64,000 nucleotides of DNA from Mobula hypostoma (taxonomy: Eukaryota). The DNA lies in NCBI RefSeq assembly GCF_963921235.1, contig NC_086108.1, positions 16,678,001 to 16,742,000 on the forward strand, written 5' to 3'. Positions 48,085-61,488 of this stretch are shown here, piece by piece. Position 1 is the first letter of the stretch. The number at the start of each line of letters is the position of its first letter. A model generated the notes under the pieces. It was not told the origin of the DNA. It made no database searches and saw only the letters and a program-made list of their open reading frames with translations. The translations under genes were made by a program, and so were the position numbers.

Positions 48085-48399
48085 GACCCCAAGATCCCTC
48101 TGATCCTCCACACTGCCAAGAGTCCTACCATTAATACTATATTCTGCCATCATATTTGACCAACCAAAATGAACCACTTCACACTTATCTGGGTTGAACT
48201 CCATCTGTCACTTCTCAGCCCAGTTTTGCATCCTATCAATGTCCCGCTGTAACCTCTGACAGCCCTCCACACTATCCACACCACCTCCAACCTTTGTGTC
48301 ATCAGCAAACTTACTAACCCATCCCTCCATTTCCTCATCCAGGTAACTTATAAACATCACGAAGAGTAACCAGAACAGATCCCTGAGGTACACCACTGG
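48085..48399 (-). mobile_element. Internal CR1 RT fragment inside the Tc1
   Basis: GWVSKFADDTKVGG...LQRDIDRMQNWAEK; flanked by tcattgcggccaaa (48071-48084) / tcactgcggccaaa (48400-48413). Confidence 0.85.
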
Positions 48400-49929
48400 T
48401 CACTGCGGCCAAACAGTTGTATTTTAAATTCATCAGTCCACAGGACTTGTTTCCAAAATGCATCAGGCTTGTTTAGATGTTCTTTTGCAAACTTCTGATG
48501 CCGAATTTTGTGGTGAGGATGCAGGAAAGGTTTTCTTCTGATGACTCTTCCATGAAGGTCATATTTGTGAGGTGTCACTGCACAGTAGAACAGTGCACCA
48601 CCACTCCAGAGTCTGCTAAATCTTCCTGAAGGTATTTTGCAGTCAAACAGGGATTTTGATTTGCCATTCTAGCAATCCTATGAGCAGTTCTCTCGGAAAG
48701 TTTTCTTGGTCTTCCAGACCTCAACTTGACCTCCACCGTTCCTATTAACAGCCATTTCTTAATTACATTACGAACTGAGGAAACGGCTACCTGAAAATGG
48801 TTTGCTATCTTCTTATCGCCTTCTCCTGCTTTGTGGGCATCATCTATTTTAATTTTCAGAGTGCTCGGCAGCTGCTTAGAGGAGCCCATGGCTGCTGATT
48901 GTTGGGACAAGGTTTGAGGAGTCAGGGTATTTATAAAGCTTTGAAATTTGCAACACCTGGCCTTTCCTAATGATGACTGTGAACAAGCCATAGCCCTAAC
49001 AAGCTAATTAAGGTCTCAGACCTTGGTAAAAGTTATCTGAGAGCTCAAATCTCTTGGGATGCCCAAACTTTTGTATGGTCCTCCTTTCCTTTTTCTCACT
49101 CTAATATTGTACATAACAAAACTAATACACGAATCTTGCTTAAAATGCTGAAAAGAATGTTTCATCTTTAACTTTACGACTTTTGGAGATCAGTTCATCT
49201 TCTGCTCACTTAACTGTTCATAGTAACAGAATTGTTGACCGGGGTGCCCAAACTTTTGCACACCACTGTACATGCAGCTTAGAATAACAGAGGGTTCTGG
49301 GTAACTCTCGGTATTTTTAATCATCTGGAGGAAGGAGTTCTTCGCTTGCTTGTGCTTAGACTTCATGGGATCTGGAATCATTCATTTCATCTGCGTACCA
49401 CTGTGTTACCACCTACTGTGAGTCTGTCCTTCTGGTGTGACTAGATATACCTGGAGATTGTGAAGGATAGATTTGCATGTTGGCTGCAAGGATAATCTGA
49501 TTAATACAACTATACAACCCTCTGACTGATGTGGGACGGGTCACATCATTTAGACCTAATTGCTTGATGTTCATAAGCAGAACATTGCTGGAATCCTGCA
49601 AGTAGATCACAACTAGGTGGTCATATTGGTTCATTCCTATTATTATTCTATAGCAGCTTTGATACAAAATGGATGTCTTGCTAACTCTAGCTTGATCATT
49701 AATTTGACCTCCTAATTCATGTTCTAATCCTAAACTTGCCAGCACATACAATAAGAAGTGACAAAACGCATCAAAATCACTTGTAAAGCATGTTTCCTAG
49801 AATAAACTTGTGGCTAATGAACATTTTTTGACAGTAAAAACATAGGCATTATGAATACTACATTGTGAACTGACCATTTTCAGGAAGAATCCTTGTCCTT
49901 CATCATGTGAAATACTCTGTATCTCTCAC

Positions 49930-50079
49930 CTCTGTTTCACTGATGAGCTGAGTGATTTTCTTGCAGGTGTAGAATGGAGCCACTTCTACATGCACTACTC
50001 GCCAGTCAGCTCCACGACTTGTCTCCAGCATCTTGTCATGCTTCTTCAGAATCTTTCGGAAACCAGTGAAATTCAGATT
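49930..50079 (-). CDS. XPR1: XPR1 internal exon (C-terminal part of SPX domain), 150 bp, phase 0/0
   Basis: Minus strand ctatctttcAG|AATCTGAAT...GAAACAGAG|GTgaga; translates [50 protein letters not shown], near-identical to vertebrate XPR1 including the KILKKHDK lysine cluster. Confidence 0.97.
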
Positions 50080-51049
50080 CTGAAAGATAGTATTTAGACT
50101 AGTAATGCATACTGTTTTTATCTCATACATTTAACTGCCTAGTTGAGATTGCTGGAACTGTAATGTAAGCTGAAAAGTAATTTGAAGTTTCTTCTATGGA
50201 AGCATTCCAGACTTCTCCTACTCTGTTTGCTGTTGTACCCATAAATGTACATTTTCTCATACATTCAGATATTTTTATACTGTGGGTTAATGGAATCAGT
50301 AGTTACTTCACTAAATTTTAAATATGGAGATAAAAAGAAGTGAAAGTAATTAAATGATGTTGAGCACATAGGGGCCATGCTCTAAATGAACGATGGAATA
50401 GATTCATGGAACTGAATCATCCACACTATTCACTTTCATGGTCAGCAGCATTATCAATTACATAGCTACCAGCATTGCTCAAATTTGTGAGAGTAGACAC
50501 ATATTTCTCTCATTTTTCTCAAACCTTCCACTAGTAAATGCATCTCTTTGCTGCCTCAAGTACTTGGAACTGATTCAATACTGCAAACCATGACATAAGG
50601 ATCGATCAGTCAGATCAAAAATGGTGTAATTTTAAGGCATTAATACATACAATTGTAACATTACTCTACTGGAAGTTCATGACTAGCACCAATAATCCAG
50701 AGCAATTAATTCTCATCCAACAATGGCAGTTTGTAAATTACATTTACGTCAGTGGTGTACGATAACATCAGTACTGGTGATTAGAAAGCCTAAATGACTT
50801 TGGATCCAGAGCAAAAGAGGTTGCCTTTTGACTGTCCTCTGAAATGATGGAGCAAACTGCATATTTGTCTCAAATCTGTTATAAAATAAAGTAACGAAAA
50901 GGGCAATTTTCTTGGGATAAGATTTAGAGAAAACAAATGCATACCCAACCAGTCAAACTGAAAAGTCCTCCTCACTCTCTGGTTTGAGATGGTGAAGCTC
51001 AGCAAACACTTGCTGGCTACTAATTACTTTATCGATCACACCTTTTCTT

Positions 51050-51776
51050 GAAAACGATCACTGTAATGAATAGCCTGTAACTTCCATTTCGGAGTTCAGC
51101 TGGCATTTTTGCAGTGTGAACTGCAGTCTCAGAGGTGCAGGGTGGTTGTGGTCTGGCGTGTACGGGCTGAATCAAGGTGGTGGGGCCGGGCCCGAGAACA
51201 AGGAATGAGCCAATGGCTGGCCATCGCTGGAACAGGCTTGGAGCTAATTGGAAGTGCAGATCCAAAATGAGGTGAGGCAGAGGTGCTCGGGCCCAAGAGT
51301 GAGGAACAAGCCAATGTCTGACTGATTGAAGAGCAGAGCCAGATTGGAAAGGCCAGGTATAGGCTGAATCGAGGCAGCGGGTCCCTGGCCTGAAAGCATA
51401 TTGAAGAGGACCTGAGTCTGAGAGCAAGGAACAACTTGCTGTTTGGCTGATTTAAGCGCCAGACCAGATTGAAAAGATTAGGGTGTTGGGGCTGGAGGAG
51501 AGGGACAGGCTAGTGTGAGGCTCGCTGCTCCGCGAGGTTTACTCATCTGTGTTGAACTGAGGCTGTTGGCTGCAACCAACGGGCTCTTGGATTAGCTGTG
51601 ACAGGCTTACTTTTATTGTTTGCACAGTTTGTTTTTTCTTCCCACGCATTGGGTATGTGACATTCTTTTTTAATGGGTTCTATTCGATTTCTTAGTTTTG
51701 TGGCTGCCTGTAAGGAGACAAATCTCAAGGTTGTGTACGGTTTGTATATAGTTTGATAATAAACATACTTTGAACT
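51050..51776 (+). mobile_element. Non-coding retroposon with LINE-like 3' tail
   Basis: Ends ggctgcctgtaaggagacaaatctcaaggttgt...ttgataataaacatactttgaact, the same tail type as the remnants at 41690-41790 and 42125. 5' end approximate. Confidence 0.5.
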
Positions 51777-52516
51777 AACACCTAAGAACATATCCCAAGC
51801 TGCGCCATAGTATTGTCAAGAAATGGTCTGACCTAGGATGAATCTGTGAATCTACTGATTCCCAGACTCTACTAATTCCAGAAAAAATAGCAGCATGTAC
51901 CGTAGCTCCTGACACTAGCATCGTCATTCACTATCATAGTTGATCTATTTCAGATCCCTTTCCTAGCACTGATGTCAATAACCTTGATTTCCATAAATCC
52001 CAGAAATAACCTGACCTTTATTCTGAAATTTATCCACTTCTTTTGGTAAAAAGACCAAAACAGTATACAGTTCCTTGGGTCTGGTCTTACTGACAGTTTA
52101 TACAAATGCAATATAAATTCTTAACTTCTGCATTCAAATTATCTTGTAATAAAGGCTAAATATTATTTGCCTTCCTTATTGCTTGTTGCACCCACGTTGG
52201 CCTTCAGCAACTCGTGTGTAAACTTGACAATGTTCCTTTGAATGCCAACCATTCCTTACCGTTTAGCAAATAATCTGAATGTGCAACAAAATGGATAATT
52301 TCACATCTTTCTACATTATATTCCCACTGTCATGTTTTCAACCTCTCATCAGTTTGCCCAGATCCCCCTGAAGCCTCTTGACGTACCCACCTGCCTCAAT
52401 ATTCACAATTCTAACTAGTTATGTAGTGCCAGTAAACTTGGAAATAGGCATTTGGTCTTCTGAGCCAAATTGTTGATGTAGATTATGAAAAATAGTGGCT
52501 TTTCATCTGAAATCTA

Positions 52517-55500
52517 ATAGGGACTTAGGAAGGAATTTGAGAAGCAGGACCTCAAAGGTAATTATCTCAGGATTACTGCCTGTGCCACGTGACAGTGAAT
52601 ATAGGAATAGAGTGAGGTGGAGGATAAATGCGTGGCCAAGGGATTAGAGCAGGGGGCAGGGATTGAGGTTTCTGGATCATTGGGACCTCTTTTGGGGTAG
52701 GTGTGACCTGTACAAAAAGGATGGGTTGCACTTAAATCCCAGGGGTACCAATATCCTGGCAGGGAGGTTTGCTAAAGCTATTTGCAAGAGTTTAAATGAG
52801 AATTGCTGGGGGGGTGGGAACTGAAAAGATGGAGGAAGGGGCTGTTAGTTCACAAACAGAGAAAGCCTGGAGACAGTGCGAGAGGAAGGATAGGCAGGTG
52901 ATAGAGAAGGAATGCACCTAGACCGATGGTTTGAGATGTGTCTAGTTTAATGCAAGAAACATCATGAACAAAGTGGATGAGCTTACAGCGTGGATCACTA
53001 CTTGGAGCTATGATGTTGAGACTTGGATAGCTTAGGGGCAGGAATGGCTGCTTAGAGTGCCAGGCTTTAGATGTTTCAGAAAGGACAGGGAGGGAAGCAA
53101 AAGAGGTGGGGGCGTGGCAGTGCTGATCAGAGATAGTGTCACAGGTGTAGAGAAGGAGGAAGTCATGGAGAGATTGTCTTCTGAGAGTCTGTACGTGGAG
53201 GTTTGAAACAGGAAGGGGTCAATAACTCTACTGGGTGTATTTTATAGACCACCCAATAGTAACAGGGACATTGAAGAGCATACAGGGAGGACAGAGAGGA
53301 AATTAAGAACCTGGTGGCATGGTGCAAAGACAATAACCTATCCCTCAACGTCAGCAAGATGAAGGAATTGGTTGTTGACTTCAGAAGGAGTAGCGGACCG
53401 CACAACTCCATTCACATCGGTGGTGCGCAAGTGGAACAGATCAAAAGCTTTAAGTTCCTCCGGGTCAATATTACAAATGACCTGACTTGGTCCTACCAAG
53501 CAGAGTCCACTGCCAAGAAGCATAATCCACCCATCCAACACACTTTTTCTCCCTCTTCCCTCCGGGAAAAGGCTCAGGAGCTTGAAGACTCGTATGGCTA
53601 GATTTGGGTACAGCTTCTTTCCAACTGTGATAAGATTGCTGAACGGATCCTGACCCGGATCTGGGCCGTACCCTCTAAATATCCGGACTTGCCTCTCGGT
53701 TTTTTGCAATACGTTACTTCCCCTTTTCTATTTTCTATTTATGATTTATAATTAAAATTTTTACTATGTACTATCAATTTGTATTCCAGGGAGCTCAAAG
53801 CGCAGAATCAGATATCGCTGTGATGATCATACGCTCTAGTATCAATTCTTTGGCGACAATAAAGTAAAGTAATTCTGGAAAGGTGTAATAACAACAGGGT
53901 TATCATGGTGGAAGATTTTAATTTCCCAAATATTGATTGGCATCTCCCTAGACCAAGGGGTTTAGATGGGGTGGAACTTCTGAGGTGTGTTCAGGAAGAT
54001 TTCCTGACACAATATGTAGATAAGCCTACAAGAGGAGAGGCTGTACTTGATCTGGTATTGAGAAATGAACCTCGTCAGGTGTCAGGTCTTTCAGTGGGAG
54101 AGCACTTTGGAGATAGTGATCACAATTCTATCTCCTTTACTATAGCATTGGAGAGGGATAGGAACAGACAAGTTAGGAAAGCATTTATTTGGAGTAAGGG
54201 GAAATATGAAGCTATCAGGCAGGAACTTGGAAACATAAATTGGGAACAGATGTTCTCAGGGAAATGTATGGCAGAAATGTGGCAAATGTTCAGGGGATAT
54301 TTGTGTGGTGTTCTGTATAGTTATGTTCCAATGAGACAGGGAAAGGATGGTAGGGAACCGTGGTGTACAAAGGCTGTTAAAAATCTAGTCAAGAGAAAAA
54401 GAAAAGCTTAGGAAAGGTTCGAAAAACTAGGTAATGATAGAGATCTAGAAGACTGTAAGGTTAGCAGGAAGGAGCTTAAGAATGAAATTAGGAGAGCCAG
54501 AAGGGGCCATGAGAAGGCCTTGGCGAGCAGGATTAAGGAAAACCCCAGGGCATTTTACAAGTATGTGAAGAGCAAGAGGATAAGATATGAGAGAATAGGA
54601 CCAATCAAGTGTGATAGTGGAAAAGTGTGTATGGAAACGGAGGAGGTAGCAGAGATACTTAATGAATACTTTGCTTCAGTATTCACTATGGAAAAGGATC
54701 TTGGCGATTGTAGGGATGACTCACAGTGGACTGAAAAGCTTAAGCATGTTGATATTAAGGAAGAGGGTGTGCTGGAGCTTTTGGAAAGCATCAAGTTGGA
54801 TAAGTCTCTGGGACCGGATGAGATGTACCCCAGGCTACTGTGGGAGGTAAGAGAGGAGATTGCTGAGCCTTTGGCAATGATCTTTGCATCATCAGTGAGG
54901 ATGGGAGAGGTTCCGGAGGATTGGAGGGTTGCAGATGTTGTTCCTTTATTCAAGAAAGGGAGTAGAGATAGCCCAGGAAATTATAGGCCACTGAGTCTTA
55001 CTTCAGTGGTTGGTAAGTTGATGGAAAACATCCTGAGGGGCAGGATTTATGAACATCTGGTGAGGCATAATATGATTAGGAATAGTCAGCATGGCTTTGT
55101 CAAAGGCAGGTCATTCCTTATGAGCCTGATTGAATTTTTTGAGGATGTGACTAAATAGATTGATGAAGGCATAGCAGTAGATGGAGTGTATATGGATTTC
55201 AGCAAGACATTTGATAAAGTACCCCATGCAAGGCTTATTCAGAAAGTAAGGAGGCACAGGATCCATGGGGACCTTGCTTTGTGGATCCAGAAATGGAGCG
55301 GTTGGAGACGGGTCATATTCTGCATGGAGGTCGGTGATCAGTGGTCTACCTCAGGGATCTGTTCTGGGATCCCTTCTCTTTGAGATATTTATAAATGACC
55401 TGGATGAGGAAGTGGAGGGATGGGTTAGCAAATATGCTGATGACACAGAGGTTGGGGGTGTTGTAGATACTGTGGAGGGCTGTCAGAGGTTACAGCGGGA

Positions 55501-56324
55501 CATCGATAGGATACATAACTGGGCTGAGAAATGGCAGATATAGTTCAACCCAGATAAGTGTGAGGTGGTTCATCTTGGTCGGTCAAATATGATGGCAGAA
55601 TATAGTATTAATGGTAAGACACTTGGCAGTGTGGAGGATCAGAGAGATCTTGGGGTCCGAGACCATAGGACACTCAAAGCTGCTGCTGTGCTTAAGAAGG
55701 CATACAGTGCATTGACCTCCATCAATTGTGGGATTGAGTTTATGAGCCGACAGGTAATGTTACAGCTATATAGGACCCTGGTTAGACCCCACTTGGAGTA
55801 CTGCACTCATTTCTGGTCACCTCACTACAGGAAGGATGTGGAAACTATAGAAAAGGTGCAGAGGAGATTTACAAGGATGTTTCCTGGATTGGGGAGCATG
55901 CCTTATGAAAATAGGTTGAGTGAATTTGGCCTTTTCTCCTTGGAGTGGTGGAGGATGATAGGTGACCTGATAGAGGTATATAAGATGATGCGAGGCACTG
56001 ATCGCGTGGATAGGCAGAGGCTTTTTCCCAGGGCTGAAATAGCTAACATGAGAGGGCACAGTTTTAAGGTGCTTGGAAGTCGGTACAAAGGAGATGTTGG
56101 GGGCAAGTTTTTTACACAGAGTGGTGAGTGCATGGAATGAGCTGCCGGCGACGGTGGTGGAGGTGGATACGATAGGGTCTTTTACGAGACTCCTGGATAG
56201 GTACATGGAGCTTAGAAAAATAGGGGGCTATGGGTAACCCAGGTAATTTCTAAAGTAAGTACATGCTCGCCGCAGCATTGTGGGCCAAAGGGCCTATATT
56301 GTGCTACAGGGTTTCTATGTTTCT
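52517..56324 (+). mobile_element. CR1 (ORF1 end through 3' tail), interrupted by a Rex-like insert
   Basis: Colinear with 28258-29027 plus 38975-41460; ORF pieces 53905-56140; tail gtttctatgtttct. Confidence 0.92.
53311..53871 (+). mobile_element. Rex1-like LINE 3' fragment
   Basis: AWCKDNNLSLNVSKMKELVVDFRR...FKFL; ends caataaagtaaagta. Confidence 0.8.
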
Positions 56325-56451
56325 AAATCAAACCTCAATCTATTTCAGCATATTACATCCAATGGCAGGCAATGACATTATCCAAGAAGAGAAAATTCAG
56401 CCCCCCTGACCTTCAATGACATTACCATCATCGAATACCCCACCATCAATC

Positions 56452-56745
56452 GGGCACCACAGTATTACAGCAGCTAGCACGATGCTATTACAGCTAAGGT
56501 CGTTCTGGAATTCAATTCTGGCACCACCTATAATGGAGTTTGTATGTTCTCCCAGTGAGTGCGTAACTTTATTCTGGTGGCTCTGGTCTCCTTCCACAGT
56601 CCTAAGACATACTGGTTAGTAGGTTAATTGGTCATAAAATTGCCTATGATTAGGCTAGTGAGAAATTGGTGGGTTGTTGGGTGGTGCAGCTCGATGGCCT
56701 GAAAGGGCCTGTTCCATGCTGTATCTCAAATAAAAATAAATAAAT
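56452..56745 (+). mobile_element. V-SINE (HE1-like)
   Basis: Similar to 2340-2613: gatgctattacagct head, ccacagtcctaagac core, gggcctgttccatgctgtatctc(aaat)n tail. Confidence 0.65.
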
Positions 56746-57000
56746 CAACATCCTGAGGGGTGGGGGAGTGGTTACTATTGACTGGAAACTATATTGGTGT
56801 AGCTATATAAACAATGTGGTCACAAGATCAGGTTAGAGGCTAGCATAGGAATGCTACTTTCCAAACCACACCATCCTGACTTGGAAATATATTGCTGTTC
56901 CTTTGCCGTTGCTGAATCAAAATCTTAGAACTTGCTCCCCAATAACATTGTGGGTATAGCTCAAAGATAGCAGCCATTCAAAAAGGCAGCTCACTTCATT

Positions 57001-58050
57001 TGTTTTTAATATTTCAGTAATATTTGAATAATATTGTAAATATATCATTGATTAACTCTTCCTTGTTTAAATAATTCATTATGGTTATGTGTATAAAGTA
57101 CATGAATAGCATACGTCATCAAGCTGTGCATCATAAATGTGCTCAAAGTAAAAACGAACTAATGTCCATTAATTATCCTGACTGACCCAATGTTTTGCTT
57201 TCAATTATTTTAATACTTTGGAGATATAAAACATACCAGTGACAACAAGTTTTAAATGAAACCAAGACGACTACTACCTGTTGAAGAACAGCAAAATGTT
57301 TAAGATTTAATTAAAGTGCAGCATGCTTTCTCCACAAGAGAGAAACGATTGAGTTTAAAAAAAAGGCATAAAACGGATGAGTTCACGGGTTCATAAACAG
57401 TGAGTACTGGGTGATAATAATCATAATTTTTAAAAAATGCAGAAATGGCTGGCTACATTGGAAAGATAGACATGCTTGATTACACAACAGATAACTGGAC
57501 TATGTATACTGAGTGAATTGTGCAGTTCTTTAAAGCAAATGAAATAGCCAATGAGAAGTGAGTGCCAGTTTTGCTGAATGCATAGGGTTTAAAAGGCAAA
57601 CAGTTTGCTTAGAAGTTTAACAGCTGCAACCAAACCAGTCAGAATTAGCTTTGCTGATATCATGAAAATAATGCAAGAACACTTAGAAGTCAAACCACTG
57701 TTAACTGCAGAACGCTTTAGGTTTCATAAGTGGAATCAAAAGGAAGGGGAGTCAATTTCAGTGTAAGTAGCTGAATTGAAGAGATTATCTGAGTAGTATC
57801 AGTTTAGTAATGGGCTTAATGATGCTCTGAGAGATCATTTAGTTCGTGGAATCTTACAAGAAAGCAGTCAAAAATGGTTCCCAACCTAAGCACACGTTAC
57901 GTTTAAAAGAGCAGTTGAAATTGCTATATCAATGGATACAGCAGGTGACAGAATTAATTTTCAGACAGGAATAAAAGTGAATGTGAACAAAATTGCAACA
58001 TTTGAATAATTCATTATGTACGAAGTATGTCATCATGCCGTCACGTCATA
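57001..58050 (+). mobile_element. Degenerate, internally deleted LTR retrotransposon (LTR plus gag remnant)
   Basis: TGTTTT...AAAACA LTR-like segment 57001-57233; from ATG 57445 MAGYIGKIDMLDYTTDNWTMYTE*IVQFFKAN...AERFRF...NQKEGESI...LNDALRDHLVRG Gypsy-type gag with stops; partial LTR echo at 58001-58050. Confidence 0.7.
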
Positions 58051-58209
58051 CTATCTTCTTGTAAGAACGTAGAACAGTACAGCACATGAACAGGCCCTTC
58101 AGCCCACAATGTCTGTCCAACCATGAAGCCAAATTAAGTTAATCTTATCTATGTTTCTATGTTTTATCTGCCTGCATGTGATGTATATTCCTCCATTCAC
58201 GGATGCCAA

Positions 58210-60205
58210 CTCCCTGGCCTACACTCATCTCTAGAGCTTCTGAACAGTAAAAACACCCACATTACATTATTGTTTATTCACTACAGCTTCAGTCTCAATA
58301 CTATAATTCCTAGCAAACACATCTACAAACTCTTAGACTTGGAACTCAACACCTCCCTTTGTGCTTGATCTTCGACTTCTGGACCAACAGAATGCAATTA
58401 GGCAGAACAGCTTTGCCACAATTATTCCCAGCACTCATGATTGTGTGGCCAGATGGTGCTTTAACTCCATCTACAAGTTTGCAGATGATATCACCATAGT
58501 GGACTGTATCTCAGTCCTGTGCTCAAGAGTTGGAGCACTGGAAGAAGACAGAGTCTAGTGACATGGCCTCATGACAATAACATTTTCATAAACGTTAGCA
58601 AAACCAAATAACTTGTCTTTGACTTCAGGAAGAGGGTGGAGTGTGTTATGTCACCAGAGAGACTCTGAAGCTGATGATATAGAAGCCCTTATTTATCACA
58701 ACAAGCAGGCATTCTTCTGGACGTCCCCATCTAGGTGGAGTCTCACAAACATATTTCTATATCCTTAAGACTTGGAACTCAACACTACCCTTTGTGCTTG
58801 ATCTTTGACTTCTGGACCAACAGAATGCAATCAGGCAGCAACAGCTTTAGTAATTTAGCAATAGTATAAAGATCAATGGTAACAGTAGGTGATTCAATAC
58901 AATTACAATAGTTACAATGACATTGTTTATTTCAATACTTTTGGTTGACAATGCTTCCTTTGAATTGTATATCTACAGTGGGAAAAACTCTGAATGTTCA
59001 AATATCTTTGCTGGAACAATCTAATTGTCACAGATATTCTAAAAAAAAGATATTCAAAGAGTAAGATGCCCAATATTAGTGCTGCGAGAACTGACTCTCT
59101 GAGTACACAAATCTCCCAACTATTGATAAATCAGCTATTTGATGCGCTCAGTGATAATATCAGTCTGGTTTGCAAGCTTCCTTGAACTTGTTTACAGTGG
59201 TGCAAATTACATAAGCCCATAGCTGACGGGATTGATGCAGGCCAATTAACATAGCCACATTGTCTTAACGTTTGACTGATGCATATGCTAACTTCTCATG
59301 GTCACCATTTTGAAAACCAGACCTCTTAATCCATGGGTCAGCCTGTGATCTACAGACAACATTGTTTATCTGCAAAGATATGCTTTTAACTTCAACTTAC
59401 TGCTTGCAATTTACAATTTATATTGAGAACTGAAGATTAGTTCTTGCTTGAATTAATATCTGCTATATTCACCTAACTTCAGAATACTTCATAACAAACT
59501 TCTGTTTACATCGATGGTGCTGCGGTCGAGAGGGTTGAGGGCTTCAACTCTTTAAGAGTGAACATACTCATTTGCATATCTTGGTCTAACCAAGTTGATG
59601 TCATGGTCAAGAAAGCTTACCAGCCACCTCTACTTCCTCACGAGGCTAAAGAACTTTGGCACGTCTCCTTTGACCCTCACCAATTTTTCTCAATGCACTA
59701 CAGAAAGCATCCTATCTGGATTTATCATGGTTTGGTGTGGCAAATGCTCTGCCTGTGACTGCAGAGTGTCAACCACATCACAAAAACCAATCTCTCCTCC
59801 ATGGATTTTGAATACACTTCTTGGTGCCTTGGTACAGCAGGTAAGGCACCAAAGACCCATCCTATCCTGGACAACCTCTCTTCTCCCACCTCCCAGTTGA
59901 CAGAAGATACTAAAGCCATACCACCAGGCTCAAGGATAGGTTCTATCTCATTATTCTAAACCTATTGAATGGTTCCCCAGCACGATAAGAGAAATTTTGA
60001 CCACAAAATCTACTTTGTTATGACCTTGCATTTTATTGTCTACCTGCACTGCATTTTTCTACAATTTTAATACTTTGCTCTGCATGCTGTTGTTTTACCT
60101 TGTATTACTTTTAATGCACTGTTGTAATGAAATAATCTGAATGAACTGTATGTAAGACAAATTTTTCACTCGTATCTCAGTATGAGACAATAATAAACCA
60201 ATTTA
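58210..60205 (+). mobile_element. Old Rex1-like LINE remnant split by an LTR-like insert
   Basis: LLFIHYSFSLNTIIP, YKFADD, LYFLTRLKNFG...ESILSG motifs. Confidence 0.65.
58644..59496. mobile_element. Probable solo LTR, 853 bp
   Basis: Perfect 7-bp inverted termini TGTTATG...CATAACA interrupting the Rex remnant; no TSD seen. Confidence 0.5.
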
Positions 60206-61488
60206 CCACTCCCTGCATTTTCATGTGTCTAAATGCTTCTTCAAAACCACTGTTTCCACTACCACTACTGCAGCACATTCCAAGCACCTACCACTTTCTG
60301 TGAAAGGGGAAAGTTTAAAGGAAATATACAATTAATCCTTTGTCAGTACACAAAACAAAATCCCAAATACTTCTTATTTTAAAATCCTATTTCTTCAACA
60401 TATTGATCTGGATGTGCATCTCCCAAACATTCCATTAATTCATTTTTCATCTTGCTATAGCAGTCTTGATTTGTCTACTAGTCCTAATGCGGTTAAATGC
60501 CCCACTGTTTATACGCGCACCTCAAATTTCCTAATTTATGCCATTGTCGACAACATAACTACATTTTGGTGGACTAAAAATATTCTTACTGATGTCATCT
60601 GCCCTTTGCTATTTCATAATGCAACTCAAATTAATTCTAGTTGTACTCCATGATCTGTGAAGCCAAGAAAATTTCTGACTATGGACTGATCTTGTCCATC
60701 CTCTTTTCCTTATTCCTTGTTCTTCCTGAATGTTGAGTGCCCTGGAATATGTGGTTGACAGATTTGGTCATTGTGCAGCCACATTACAGTAATGTCAAAG
60801 AGATAAGATCTCTTTCCTATTTGTGCCATTAATGCACTTACTCTGTTATGATGCTACAAATCTATTACTATATCTTGTAAAACTGTTACTTGCAAACAAC
60901 TATAGGGATTAGTGCTGAGAGAATGATCTACCTCAACCCCTTCTGAGGTCCACAACTTTACAAACTCTTGTCAGGAGGCAATTCAATTCAACCAATGTAA
61001 AAATTCAACAAGAAATACTGGATTGTACTGGTTACAACAAAGACAAGGGACAACATAAGCCTATAAGACATTGGAGCAGAATTAGGCTATTTGGCCCATT
61101 GAGTCTGCTCCGCCATTCAATCATGGCTGATTCTTTTTTTTTCTCCTCCTCAACTCCAGTTCCCATCCTTCCCCCTGTAACCTTTGATACCATGTGCAAT
61201 CAAGAACCTATCAATCTCTGCCTTAAATACACCCAATGACCTAGCCTCTACAGCTGCATGTGGCAACAAATTCCACAAATTCACTACCCTCTGGTTAAAG
61301 AAATTTCTCCATATCTCTGTTTTGAATGGATGCCCCTCTATCCTGAGGCTGTGCCCTCTTGTCCTAGACTCTCCCACCATGGGAAACATACTTTCCATAT
61401 CTACTCTGTCAAGGCCTTTCAACACTTGCAAGGTTTCAATGAGAACCCCCGTCATCCTTCTAAATTCCAGTGAGTACAGACCCAAAGC

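Larger units (their letters stand above)
46916..49268 (-). mobile_element. Full-span Tc1 transposon with long IR/DR termini, decayed, two nested inserts
   Basis: TA|CAGTGGCATGCAAAAGTTTGGGCACC ... GGTGCCCAAACTTTTGCACACCACTG|TA; ~210-bp TIRs with inner DRs; transposase from ATG 48889 (GRPRK, VLWTDE, VKHRG, QQDNDPKH, KGGFTKY). Confidence 0.93.
45080..49320 (+). mobile_element. 5'-truncated CR1, split by Tc1 at a TA (parts 45080-46915 and 49269-49320)
   Basis: RT ORF pieces 45302-46949; ggataggTA|...|TAcatgcagcttagaa rejoins across the Tc1. Confidence 0.92.
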
